Shown: one piece after another, positions 45,584 to 58,810 of the stretch | Layout of the letters: each line of letters begins with the position of its first letter | Numbering within the stretch: position 1 is the stretch's first letter | NCBI GenBank assembly: GCA_963775425.1 | Contig: CAVZJB010000011.1 | Coordinates: 64,001-128,000 of the forward strand | Reading direction: 5' to 3' | Length of the DNA: 64,000 nucleotides | Origin: an uncultured delta proteobacterium | GTDB lineage: Bacteria > Myxococcota > UBA727 > VGSZ01 | Program-made: the position numbers and the translations under genes | Notes under the pieces: generated by a model | What the model saw: the letters and a program-made list of their open reading frames with translations, nothing else | Databases searched by the model: none | Told to the model about the DNA's origin: nothing

Positions 45584-48500
45584 ATGAGCTTCCCCCACGT
45601 GTCCGGCGCCGGCGCCGCGCGCACTCTCGCCCTGTTCTGCAGCTCGCTCGCGGTGATCGTGGCGGCGTCGTGCGCGCCGACGAACCCGTTCGACCCGAAC
45701 GCGCCCGCGGAGCTGCAGGCCAAGGCGGCGCTGTCGGGGCGGGTGGTGCTCGTGAACCCCGAGGCGGACGACGCCACGCTGGTGCGCGACCTCTCGGCGG
45801 CGCGCATCGGGCTCCTCGACGACACGGGCGCGCGGGTGCAGCAGGGCGGCGGCGACCTCGACGTCCCGCTCAAGGACGTCACCAAGGACGGCGGCGCGCT
45901 GTTCGTCGATCAGCTCCTGCCGGGGACGTACACGCTCGTCGTCGAGAACCTCTCGGCGTACGCGGCGCCGGCGCTGGCGCCGGTGCGCTTGTTGCCGGGC
46001 GCGGCGGCCGACGTCGGCGATCTGGTGTTCACGCTCAACGAGCAGGCGGGCCCCGGCCCCGGCGCCATCACCGGCGACGTCGCGGTGTCGACGGGCGGCG
46101 CGCAGCGCAAGGTGTCCTTGTTCCGGAAGAGCGGCGCCGGCGTGGTGCTGCAGGCGAGCACGGTCACCGACGGGAGCTTCGAGTTTCAGGGCCTGAACCC
46201 CGGGACGTACGCGGTGGTGGCGGAGGCGTCGGGCTACACGAGCGACTACCGGCTCGACCTCGACGTCGGCGAGGGCGACGGCGCGGCGTTGGCGTTCGAC
46301 TTCTCGGGCGCGGACGCGTTGAACCTGTTCCCGGTGACGGCGGTGCTGGCGCCGCAGCCTTCGCCGAGCACGCTGCTCGACGAGGGGACGTTCTTCGTCT
46401 CGTCGGACACGGTGTCTTTGGCGGTGCTGGCGTTCGGCGGCGTGACGTCGATGCGCTTGTCGACCAACGCGGAATTCCTCGACGACACGGGGGCCGATCT
46501 GGCCTTCGTCCCATACGCGGCGGCGGCGGAGCAGGCGCTGCCCGACGTGCAGGGGCCGGTGACGGTGTTCGCGCAGTTCCAGGCGGCGAGCGCGGGCGGC
46601 TTCGTGTTCACGTCGGACACGTTCACGACGACCATCGTGCGGGACACCACGCCGCCGGAGGTGGTGGACGCCACGTTCGTGGGGCTCCCGCAAGACGGCG
46701 ACAACTTCCTGGCCAACATCCAAAACGGCGGCGGCACGCCCGCGCTGCGCATCGACGCGCAGGACGGCGTGAGCGCGGTGGCGGGCGTGGCGGTGGTGGT
46801 GGCGGACGCGGACGCGGCGCCGGCGGTGCCGGACACGTTCGACGACGTCACGAGCAACGGCGGCCTCGTGCGCATCGATCGCGCGGTCCCGCTCGGGACG
46901 GACGGGCAGCACTTCGTGTTCGTGTTCGTGCGCGACCGGGCGGGCAACGTGTCGACGCCCGCGCGACTGCCGGTGCTGCTCGACCGCACGGCGCCCGATG
47001 TGCCGTTGGCGGTGGACAACGCCGTGGCGGGCGTGCTCGACACGCGCGTGGCGCAGTTGCGCTTCGACACGTCGTCGTCGTCGTCGGACCTGCCGGTGGC
47101 GATGCAGAATCTCGGCGGGGACGGTGTCGCCGAGCGCGGAGATCGTGCCGTTTTCCCAGACGGCGACGGTGCTGGTGCCGGCGACGTTCGCGCACGACCA
47201 GGACGTGGCGTTCGAGGCGCGGCTCATCGACGCGGCGGGCAACGCGAACGTGGTGCGCAGCCTCGACGTGCACCTGTCGCTGCTGTCTCGGGTGACGGGC
47301 GTGGTGTCGTTCGAGGGTGTGCCCGAGGTGGTCGCCGACGGGGCGGGCGCCACGGTGTCCATCGTGGACGCGACGGGCGCGCCGGTGGCCGGGGCCACGG
47401 GCACCACGGACGCGACGGGGGCGTACGCGCTCGCGGGAATTCCCGAGAACACCGGCGTGTTCGTCGACGTCGCGCGCGACGGCTGGGCGGCGGCGCACGT
47501 GCGCTTGCCTGTGTTGCCGACGCTGACGGCGGCGGAGGCGCCGACGGCGCTCGACCCGGTGACGCTGCCGCTGTTGCGCGGCTCGCTGACGGGCGTGTTC
47601 CGCCGCAGCGACCTCGCCGCCGACAACGCGGCGCACGCGGGCATCGTGGTCACGGCCACGCTGCAGAGCGCGGACCGCACGTTCACGACGTCGACGGTGA
47701 CGGGCCCCGACGGCAGCTACGCGCTGCGCGACCTGCCGGTGACGCGCGCGGACGAGAGCTACGGGCTCGAGGCGCGGCACGACGACTACGGCTCGGCCAC
47801 GGCGACGGCGGCGGTGTTGCCGGGGACGCTGTCGCCGGTGAACCCCGACGCGTCGGGGATCCCGCAGCCGGTGCTGCTGCCGAAGAACACGGGCGACTTC
47901 GACGTGTGCACGGTGTCGGGCGCGTGCGTGTCGACGACGTTCTTCAAGGACGCGGTGGTGCGCGTGAAGGTGCGTGACACCACCAACGTCACGGAGATCA
48001 GGGCGCAGGCGCGCACGGCGTTCCTCGCGGGCGACGCGAACCCGCCGTTTCAGGCGTTCCCGTCGGCGAACGACTTCACCGTCGACATCTCGGGGGCGGA
48101 CGGGCTCGTCGACCTCTTCGTGCAGGTGAAGAAGGCGGACGGGTCCACGAGCGAGGTGCTGTCGGCCACGGTGGTGCGCGACACGGTGCCGCCGGTGCTT
48201 CAAGAGGTGAAGCGGCTCACGGCGGCGGGCGCGCTCGACCCGCGCTTTTCGAAGAACAACTTCGTCGACGTGCAGATCGACGCGGACCCGGGCACGGGCA
48301 CGGTGGCGCCGCTCGCGCCGGCGCGCATCGCCATCCTCCCCGACGACGGCAGCGCGGCGCCGGTGGACCCGCCGGGCGCGGCGTCGTCGTGCCCGCCGGG
48401 CACCACGTGCCGCGTGCAGCTCCCGGGCGCGGCGACCAACACCGTGGCCGAGGCGCTCCACCGCATCGCGGGCTGGGCCTGCGACGCCGCGGGCAACTGC

Positions 48501-51500
48501 AGCGCGCCCGAGGAGAGCTTCGTGATCCACGACCAGACGCCGCCGTCGGCGGCGCACGGCGCGGGCTTTTCGATCACGGGCGCGGCGGCGGTCTCCGCGG
48601 GCGTGTCGCTGCTGCGCTCGCCCTTGTACGGCATCTCCCTCGACGTGGGCGCCGCGCAGGACGCGGGCGGCGGCGCGGTCGTCGACGAGACGGGCGCCGC
48701 GGTGGCGGACGTGTACGCGTCGCGCTTTTCGTTCGCGGAGTCCACGTTCGACGCCACGGTGCGCGCGCTCGATCCGGCTCCGTCGGCTTCGGCGTCGCGC
48801 ACCGACGTGACGGTGCCGGCGCTGCCCGCCGTCGACGGGGACTACCGCGTGTTCGGCGAGCTGTTCGACGCGGCGGGCAACGCGACCATCGTGGAGCCGA
48901 ACGCGTTCTTCCAGGACCTGCGGCTCGACACGCAGGCGCCGGTGGTGTCCTTCGTCGTGGCGGGCGGCGCCGACGTCGTCGACAGCGGCACGGTGTCCGT
49001 GGACGTGGTGGTGCCGTCGGGCGGCGAGGTGCCCGCGCGCATGGACCTCGCGGCGGACGGCGGGCTGTTTCAGACGGGCGTGGTGACCAAGACCTTCCCG
49101 CTCGACCCCGCGGGCGAGACGTTCACGCTGCCGGCGAACGGCGACGGCAGCTACACGGTGTTCGCGCGCATCTTCGACGCGGCGGGGAACGTGATCGAGC
49201 GCTCTGACACGGTGCTGCTCGACACCACGCCGCCGTCCATCGTGCTCGCGAGCTGCTTGAGCTGCACCGCGAGCGGCGGCCAATTGTTCACGAGCAACGC
49301 CAACGCGCAGCTCAGCGTGGTGGCGAGCGACGTCGCCGCGGGCGGCGGGAGCGGGGCAGGGGCCGACGGCAGCGGCGTGTCTTCCCTGGAGATCGACGTC
49401 GAGGACGCCAACAACGCGGCCAACGCCACCACGCAGACGGTGCCGTTCAACGGCACGGCGTCGGTGGCGCTGTTCCCCGACACGCAAAACGTGATCACCC
49501 TGCGGGGCATCGATCGCGCGGGCAACACCACGGGCGCGGGCGGCGCGCTCTCGTTGACGGTGGCGCACGACGACCGCGCGCCGATGCTGTCGAAGGTGGA
49601 GCTCGCGGACGGCGCGGCGACGACATCGTCGACGCAGGTGGTGCTGCGCGTGGACGCCTCCGACGCCGAGACCGCGGTCACGCGCATGCGCGTGTCGCCC
49701 ACGCTCGACTTCTCCACGGCGGTGGCCACCGAGCTTCGCGCGGTGGACTTCGTGGACCTCACCGGCGCCGACGGCAGCAAGCAGGTGTGCGTGCAGGTCG
49801 AGGACGCCGCGGGCAACACCGCCGCCGACTGCGACACCGTCACGCTCGACCGCGCCGCCCCCGTGGGCGCCGTCGACGTCACGCCGCTCGTCACCGCCGC
49901 CACGTCGGTGCCGGCGGTGCTCACGTACCCGGCCGACACCGCCGAGGTGGCGGTGGCGCCGGGGGCGCTCGCGTGCTCCGGGGCGACGTACGTGGCGGCC
50001 ACGGGCTCGCCGCAGACGGTCACGGTGGACCTCGACGGCGGCGACGGCACCGTTCGCGTCTTCGCCTGCTTCAAGGACGCCGCGGGCAACTTCAGCGCCA
50101 CGCCGGTGAGCGACACCGTGGTCGTCGACCGCACGGCGCCGGCGGCGAGCGTCCTCGTCGACGGCGGCGCGGAGTTCACGCTCGACGAGCAGGTGGGCGT
50201 CGCCGTCACGGTCGCCCCGGCGGCGGACGCGGCGCAGCTCGCGCTGTCTGCGGACACGGCCATCGACTGCTCCACGGCGACGTACCAGGCCTTCGTGTCG
50301 CCGCAGACGGTGACGCTCGCGCTCACCGAGGGCGTGCACACCATCTTCGCCTGCGTCAAAGACGCCGCGGGCAACACCACCGCCGCGCCTTCGAGCGACA
50401 GCATCTTCTTCGACCGCGCCGACCCCACCGGCAGCGTGCTCATCGAGGGCGGCGCCGCGCTCACGCGGAACAGCACCGTCGGCGTGGACATCACGCGCTC
50501 CTCGGACGTGGTGTCCATGGCCGTGAGCGCCGGCGCGCTCAACTGCGCCACCGCCACCTACGAGGCGTTCACGTCGGTGCGCGCGGTGGCCCTCGCGGCG
50601 CCCGACGGGCTCAAGACCGTGAGCGTGTGCCTCAAGGACGCCGCCGGCCGCACGGCGCTGTTCTCCGACGACATCACGCTCGACACCAAGCCGCCGCTCG
50701 CCTCCATCGTCATCAACGGCGACGCGGCCACCACGTCGTCGCCGAGCGTCACCGTCAACGCCACCTTCGACGCCGACGCCGTCGAGATGGCGCTCGCGGC
50801 GTTCCCGCTCGACTGCGCGAGCACGCCCTACGGCACCCTCGCCACCGACACGCCCTTCGACCTCCTCGCCACCAGCGGCGCCGCCACGGTGTTCGCGTGC
50901 TTCCGTGACGCCGCGGGCAACACCACCGCCGCGAGCGACAGCATCATCCTCGAGCAGGCCTCGAGCGGCACCCTCGTCGTCGCCGTCAACGGCGGCGCCA
51001 CCGCCACCACCACGAGGAACGTCACCGTCTCGCTCGTGGGCCCGTCCGACGCCGACCAGATGAAGGTCGCCGAGGCCGCCACGCTCGACTGCAACGACCC
51101 CGTCGGCTACGAGGCCTTCGCCACCACCAAGGCGCTCACCCTGGCGGCCGGCGGCGCCGCGCCCGCCGAGGGCTCGCGCACGGTGTCTGCGTGCGTGAAG
51201 ACCACGTCGTCGCAGACCTTGTTCTCGCAGGACAGCATCCTGCTCGACACCTTCGCGCCGAGCGGCTCGGTCGTCATCGAGGGCGGCGCCGCCGTCACGC
51301 GCACGGCGGACGTGACCTTGAGCATCACCAAGGACCCGGACTCGAGCGACGTGCATCAGATCGGCGTGTCGTCGTCGTCGGCCACGGCGTGCCAGAACTT
51401 CGAGGCGTTCGTCACCACCAAGACCTTCACGCTCGGCGGCGCCGACGGCGGCAAGTCGGCCTTCGTGTGCCTGCGCGACGACGCGGGCAACACCACCGTG

Positions 51501-54500
51501 GTCACCGACGACATCACGCTCGACCGCGCGGCGCCGTCGCCGGTGCTCGTCGACGTGCCGGACTTCTCCACGGCCACGAGCATCACGGCGAACCTGACCT
51601 TCCCCGCGGCCGACACCGCGCAGGTGGCGGTGGCCGAGGGCGCGCTCGACTGCGCGTCGACGGCGGCGTACGTGCCGGCGAGCGCCACGGCCACGGTGAG
51701 CCTGTCGGCCAGCGAGGGCAGCAAGGTGATCGTGGCGTGCTTCAAGGACGCCGCGGGCAACACCTCGCAGGCCTCCGACGTCACCACGCTCGACCTCGTC
51801 GCGCCCGCGGGCAGCGTCGTCGTCAACGGCGGCGCGGTGGCCACCACCGCGCGCGACGTCACGCTCACCATCTCGGCCAGCGCCGACGTCGACCGCATGG
51901 CCCTGATTGAGTCGGCGACGACGCCGGACTGCGACACGGCCACCTACGTGGCGTTCGTGCAGCAGCCGGCGTTCACGCTGTCGTCGGGCGACGGCGACAA
52001 GAGCGTGCAGGTGTGCCTGCAGGACCGCGCCGGCCGCAAGGCGGCCGCGGTGCCGGACAGCATCCGCCTCGACCAGGGCGCGCCCGACGGCTCCGTCGTC
52101 GTCAACGGCGGCGACGCCTTCACCAACCGCCGTGACGTCATCCTCACGGTGGCGCGAAACGCCGGCAGCGAGGACGCGAGCCTCATGGCCGTGGGCGAGG
52201 GCGCGCTCGTGTGCAACGCCGCCAACCTCGTCTACACCGCGTTTCAGCCCACCGTGCCCTTCACCGTCTCCACCGGCGACGGCACGAAGACCGTGTCTTT
52301 GTGCCTGAAGGACGGCGCCGGCAACGTGAGCACCACCACGCGCCAGGACACCATCACGCTCGACACCTCGCCGCCGTCGGGGTCCACCGTCAGCATCGCC
52401 AACGACGCCGCGTTCACCACCAGCGCCACCGTCACGCTCACGCTCACCTTCCCCGGCGACGTCACCGGCGTCGCCGTCGGAAACGACGGGCTCGATTGCT
52501 CGTCGGCCACGTACGCGGCGCCCACGTCGACCATCTCGGGCCACGCGCTCACGCCCGGCGACGGCGAAAAGACCGTGGCCGCCTGCTTGAAGGACGGCGC
52601 GGGCAACACCTTCCTCGCCGTGGACACCATCGTCCTCGACACCGTGGCGCCCTCCGCGGCCGACAGCTCGCTCGCCATCAACGGCGGCGCCGCCAACACC
52701 ACCTCGCGCGACGTCAGCCTCGTGTTCACCGCGCCCTCCGACGTGCACCAGGTGGCGGTCTCCGAGTCCGCGCTCAACTGCGCCACCGCCACCTACGGCG
52801 CGCTCAGCTCGCCGCTGCCGTTCACCCTCGCCGCCGGCGCCGACGGCACGCGCACGGTGAACGCCTGCTTGAAGGAGGACGCCGGCCGCACCGTCGCGCT
52901 CACCGACACCATCGTCCTCGACACCACGCCGCCCACGGCGACCACGTTCACCATCAACGGCGTCACGAGCCCCGTCACCAACAACCCCGCCGTCACCGTC
53001 GCCGTCGCTGCCAGCGCCGACGTCACCGGCATGGCGATCCAAAACGGCGCGCTCGACTGCACCACCGCGAGCTACGGCCCCTTCACCTCGCCGGTGCAAT
53101 TCACCGTCGCCGGCGCGAGCCCCGTCACCGTGTCTTTGTGCTTGCAGGATCGGGCCGGCAACACGTCGGTGACCGGCGCCAACACGCGCGACGTCGTCCT
53201 CGACACCACCGCGCCCGGCGGCAGCGTCTCCATCAACGGCGGCGCCGCCTTCGCCACCACAAGGAACGTCACGCTCACGCTCGACACCTCGCCCCCCGAG
53301 AGCGGCCTGCAAAAGGCGGTCGCCAACGACGCCGTTGACTGCACGAGCGCCACCTTCAGCGCGCTCGGCGCCGTGCCGGCCACCGTGGCGCAGACGCTCT
53401 CGGGCGGCGACGGCACAAAGACGGTCTTTGTCTGCTTCAAGGACCCCGCGGGCAACGTCTCGGTCGCGCAGGACAGCGTCGTCGTCGACACCGCCGACCC
53501 CGTGGGCACCGTGGCCATCCTCGATCCCGAAGGCAACGCCGACGGCTTCGCCAACACCGCCAACGTCACCGTCGCGCTCACGCTCCCCGGCGAGGACACG
53601 GGCACCGCGCAGATGGCGGTGCGCGAGGCGGCCACGCTCGACTGCACCAGCGGCGCGCTCTCGTACGAAGCGTTTTCGTCCACCAAGGCGCTCGTGCTCG
53701 CCGGCGGCCAGGGCCTGCGCACCGTCAGCGCGTGCTTCAAGGACGCCGCGGGCCGCGTGACGCCGGCGGCGTCGGTGGCGCACGCGAGCATCACGCTCGA
53801 CACCGTCGCGCCCGCGGGCGTGCTCTCGGTGGCCGAGGGCTCCGTCGTCGGCGGCACGCACTTCGTCAACACCGAGAACGTCACGGCCGTCATCTCGGGC
53901 ACCTCGCCCGACGTCGTCGGGCTCGCGGTGTCCACGAGCGCGCTCAACTGCGCCACCGCCACCTACGGGCCGTTTTCGGCTGCGACGCCGGTGACGCTGT
54001 CGATCGGTGAGGGCGACAAGACCATCAACGCCTGCCTCGAGGACGGCGCCGGGCTCACCACCGCGCTCACCACCCAGGTGCGCCTCGACACCACCGCGCC
54101 GGCCGGCACGCTCACGCTCGACGGCGGCGCCGACTACACGGCAGACCGCAACGTCGACATCAACGTCCAAAGCGGCGAGGCCGACCTCGCGCTCAAGATC
54201 CCCGCCACCGACTGCACGCCGCCGTTCAACGTCTCGCCCTTCGACGGCGACGAGACCCGCACCGCCACCATCGCCGGCAGCGAAGGCACGCGCACCCTCG
54301 GCGCCTGCCTCAGAGATCCCGCGGGCAACACCACGTTCCTGTCCGACGCCATCAACCTCGACCTCACGCCGCCGGTCGGCATCTCCGCCACCTGCGCGTC
54401 CTGCCTCGTCGACAACACCACCGGCACGCCGGCGTTCTTCACCGCCGGCACCGACGTCGACGGCGACAGCGTCGTCGACGCCGCCGTGCTGCTCGGCAAC

Positions 54501-57500
54501 GTCCAGGCCGTGGACCCGAACGCCAACGGCTTCGTGCAGTCCGTGGTCGCGCGCGTGGATCTGAACGGCGACGGCGACTTCGCCGACACCGTCGGCGGCG
54601 TCCCCGAGACGCAGGTCGAGGACTTCGACTCCTTCGTCCCCGTCCGCCTCGGCAGCGCCGACGGCCCCTACGCCGTCCACATCTCCTTCGTGGACGCCGC
54701 CGGCAACGAGAGCCCCGAGCTCGACTTCGACACGAGCTCGCCCACGCCCGATCCGCTCGTCGTGAACCTCGACACCACGCCGCCGGCGAACGACATCACC
54801 GTCACCGTCACGGGTCACATCGGCGACGGCAGCACCTCGACGTCGCTGACGGTGACGCAGAACGTTCAGGTGGCGCTCGGCCTGCCGCCGGGAAGCGACG
54901 TGGTGTCCGCGATCGTGACGGAGAGCGGCAGCTTCGCCGGCCTCACGCCCAAGTCGCTCGGCGACGTGCTCGGGGACCCCTTCGTCCTCTCCGGCGGCGA
55001 CGGCGACAAGACGCTGCACGTGCGCCTCTTCGATCACGCGGGGAACGCGGTGACCTTGACGGCCACACCCGTCATCACGCTCGACACGCAGCCGCCCTCG
55101 CTGGGCTTCGTCGTCATCGCCAACGGCGCCGACGCGGTCACCACCCACAACGTCACCCTGCAGCTCGGCGCGCAGGGCGCCACCAAGATGCGCGTGTCCA
55201 TCGACGGTGCGCTCGACACCGAGCCCGTCGTGCCGTTCGCGCCTGCGCAGAACATCGTGCTCCCCGGCGGCGACGGGCTGAAGACGGTGAGCGCGGTGTT
55301 CCTCGACGACGCGCTCAACACGAGCACCGTGAGCCTCGACACGGTCCTGCTCGACACCACGCCGCCGTCGTCGCCGACCATCGCCATCGACGACGGCGCC
55401 GGCTTCACGCGCTCCACCTCCGTCACGCTCACGCTGGGCGTCGTCGATGCCACGGAGATGCGCGTCCGCACCGACGCGGTGTTCGACTCCGAGGTGTTCG
55501 TGCCGCTCGCGCAGACGGCCACCGCGCTCCTGCCGGCAGGTGACTGTTCGTCGGCCTCACCCGATTGCAAGCAGGTGTGCGCGCAGTTCCGCGACGCCGC
55601 CGGCAACCTGTCCTCCACCGTGTGCGACACCATCACGCTCGACAGCACGCCGCCGGCGGTCCCCGTCATCACCACCGCGCCGGGCGTGGTGGGCGGCGTC
55701 GCCTTCCAGCTCGCGCTCGCGGCCGAGCCGGCCGACGCGTTCTTCGGCGGCTACGAGATCGTCGTCGACCCGGGCGACAACGGCGTCTTCGCCGTGCAGA
55801 CGCCGCTGGCCGGGTCGCCGCCGCGCTTCAACCTCACGCTCACGCCGCCGGTGGGCATCGACCCGGCCACGGCGTCGGCGCCGAACCTCATCCGCGTGCG
55901 CGCGTTCGACCAGGCGGGCAACCGCTCCGTCGAGGCCACGCTGTCCGTCACGGTGGACCCGGTGGCGCCGGCCGCGCCGACGCCGCTGGCGACGACGGCC
56001 GTCGTGAACGCCGACACCTTCGCCGTGTTCCTCGATCCCGTGAACAACCTCGCCGACGACGACGCGAACTTCAGCCACTACGAGATCGCGGCGGTGTCGC
56101 CGAGCCGGCCGTCGCCGAGCTTCACGCCCACCGCGCTCGTCGACGGGCTCATCTTCACGCTCGAGCAGGGCGACGACGTCGTCTGCCCGTCGCCGTGCGA
56201 GAACCGCCTGCGGATCCGCGCGCGCGACGCGGCGGGCAACGTCAGCGGCACGACCGAGGTGGTGGTCGACGAGGACTCCACGTTCCCGACGGCGCCCCGG
56301 CTCACCCCGCGGGGTGCGCGCATCACGGGCCTCGACGCCTTCATGCGCCTCGAGGAGATCTCGCAGGACAACGGCGGCGAGGTGGCCACGTACGAGATCG
56401 TCGGCGGCGACATCGACGCCTTCACGGCGACGGCGCCGCCCATCTTCAAGTTCACGCTCGACAAGCGCGACTTCAGCCACCAGCTCTGCATCCGCGGCAA
56501 GGACCTGGCGGGCAACGTCAGCACCACCGACTGCGTCATCATCGAGCAGAGCTCCGCGCTCCCCATCGCCAACAGCGGCGTGGACGAGCAGCGTCCGACC
56601 ATCTTCGGGGACATGGTCGCCTACGAGGACGTCAGCAACGGCGTCGTCGCGGCCGACATCCGAAGCGGCGCCAGCCACGTGATCGACGCCAACGGCTTCG
56701 CCCCGCGCATCGACGGGGACCGCGACAACTTCCGGCTCCTCTGGTCGAGCTCCGGGCAGGCGCGGCTGGTGTCGTACCCCGTCGACGGCTTTGGCGCGGC
56801 CATCGCCGACAGTAGCCAGCTCGACGGCTGCCATGTGAAGGAGTGCGCGGGTCAGGTGAACGGCGTGTCGAGCATCGACATGTCGGGCGACAACATCGTG
56901 CTCGACGGTGGCGACGTCCAGGGCCCGGGGCTCTTCTTGACCAGCCCCACCGACTGCACGCGGCCCCTCTGCGGAGAGGGCGCCGCGCCCGATGCCACGA
57001 GGCTGACGCCGGTGGGGGAGCCGGTCGCGCTCTGCCAGGATCGCGAGAAGACCGGCGTCCGCATCGATGGCAACGTCATCGTGTGGTGCGAGGACACTGG
57101 CAGCGCGCTCGAGATCCACCGCATCCGGCTCGGGACCACGCCCGCCGGCACCGACGAGGTCATCGCCACCAACGTGCAACCGGGGTTCCAAACGCCCCAC
57201 CAGCCCGTCATCACGAGCGACAGTCTCTACTGGGCGAGCGGCACGGATCTATGCCGCATCGACGCCACCGCAACCGTCGCCACGCCGTTTGACGGCTGCC
57301 CCGTCGCGCAGCAGGTGGTCTCCGGCCAGATCGGGCAGCTGACGGGCGGCGATGGCGACCGCATCGGGGTCACGCTGGGCACAAACGCGCTCACCGATCC
57401 CATCGACGTCGCGTTCTTCCAGAGGAGCACCGGCACAATCACGCAGCTCACCGACGACATCCTCGAGCAGGGGGACGCGGAGATCTGGCGCGACCGCTTC

Positions 57501-58517
57501 GCCTACACAGATCGCCAGCGCTTCAGCAACGACGTCGTGGTGCGCGACCTCACCGAGGGCACCTTCGTCGTCGCCGACCCGGCGCTCCAGGGCATCCCGG
57601 CCACCGACGGCAACTTCATCGTGTGGGTCGACACGCGCAACGCCGGCATCCAGTTGTTCGCCTTCGACCTCGCCACCGACAGCGAGCTCGAGGTCACGCC
57701 CTCGAGCGAGATCCTCGGCGCCGGCGACACCATCTACTCCTTCGAAAACGGCATCGTCGCCTACACGTTCCTGAACGGCGCGGGCGCGCCCGACCGGCTC
57801 TTCGTCCAGAACGTCGCCACCGGCGAGCAGACCCAGGTCGCCGGCACCACGGCGACCATCGAGGCGCCCATCCTCAACGAGGACGCTTCGCGCGTGTTCT
57901 GGTTCGACAGCGCCGACGGCCGCATGAAGACCGCGAGCCTCGGCGGCGCCGGCGGCGTCACGCCCGGCACCATCGAGAACGTCGGCGGCGTCGCGCAGCG
58001 CGTGACGCGCACCGCCGCCGCGGGCGACACGGTGATCTACGAGGACGACCCGGGGGCGGGCGGCAACAGCGTCGGCTGCGCCGTCGTCGGCGCCACCGCG
58101 ACGAACATCATCGACACGGATGCGCGCACGCTCGGGGCGGCGACCATCACCGGCCTCGGACCGGTGCTCGCCTACGGCGCGAACAACAACACCGAGATCC
58201 GCGCGTGCCAGCTCGACTGCAGCGGCGCCTCCGCCTCGTGCCCGGTCACGCTCCTGGCCTCCGGCTCCGGGGACGTGGAGTCACCGCGCGTGTCCACCGA
58301 CGGTCACATCGTCTGGGTCTCGCACCAGGCCGGCGACTCCTTCGGGCAGATCGTCGTCTACGACGCCCTCGCCGACGTGCGCTATCGCCTCGACACCGAC
58401 TTCGGCGTCGACGGCGCCGCGCCGGTGGTGGACGCCGACGTCGAGGGCAACCGCGTGGTGTGGAGCGGCTTCCCGTTCGGCACCAGCGACGTCTTCACCG
58501 CCGTCCTCGGCGAGTGA
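45584..58517 (+). CDS. Giant Ig-repeat surface lipoprotein/adhesin (~4310 aa), split by a +1 frameshift at 47108-47109
   Basis: RBS GGAG and lipobox AASC. Roughly 30 'D.AGN...D.I.LDT..P' Ig-like repeats and C-terminal beta-propeller repeats. Removing one A from CAGAATC gives MQ-ISAGTV and joins the 45026 and 46998 ORFs. Confidence 0.85.
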
Positions 58518-58533
58518 CGCCGCGCCGGGTGCC

Positions 58534-58561
58534 AAGAAAAGCCCGCGGGGGGCCGCGGGCT
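58534..58561 (-). terminator. Intrinsic terminator of tRNA-Gln (may also serve the convergent giant gene)
   Basis: Minus strand AGCCCGCGG-CCCC-CCGCGGGCT followed by TTTCTT. Confidence 0.75.
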
Positions 58562-58565
58562 CAGG

Positions 58566-58639
58566 TGGTTGGGGAACTAGGATTCGAACCTAGATAAACG
58601 GAATCAGAATCCGTTGTCCTGCCGTTAGACGATTCCCCA
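58566..58639 (-). tRNA. tRNA-Gln(CTG)
   Basis: Minus strand TGGGGAA acceptor pairs with TTCCCCA. Anticodon arm ACGGA-TTCTGAT-TCCGT, T-arm CTAGG-TTCGAAT-CCTAG, encoded CCA. Confidence 0.97.
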
Positions 58640-58658
58640 GCAGGTGGTGGCTCCTCCT

Positions 58659-58688
58659 TCCGTAGCGAGCTTCCGTCGGGGCTGTCAA
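58659..58688 (-). promoter_or_regulatory. Candidate sigma70 promoter for tRNA-Gln
   Basis: Minus strand TTGACA-N18-TACGGA (perfect -35, weak -10). Confidence 0.4.
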
Positions 58689-58810
58689 CTCCCGTCGGGC
58701 GTTCGACGACGACGAGGCTCGAACCCGGCGCCCCCGGCGCGGTCCGTGTCCTTCTGCGAGGCCCCGGCTGGACATGCGGGTGCTAGGGTGAGACCTCCCT
58801 CGACGAGATC

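Noticed and set aside
46848-55148. 2766-aa antisense ORF, and many other long shadow ORFs
   Set aside because: It mirrors the giant gene. Stop-free antisense frames are expected at this GC3, and the translation is R/G/A-rich with no motifs.
58604-58612. A third CAGAATC occurrence
   Set aside because: It is the genuine 7-nt anticodon loop region of tRNA-Gln, not an insertion.
58518-58640. tRNA-Gln as the attachment site of an island containing the giant gene
   Set aside because: No integrase, and no duplicate of the tRNA 3' end found by eye in the window.
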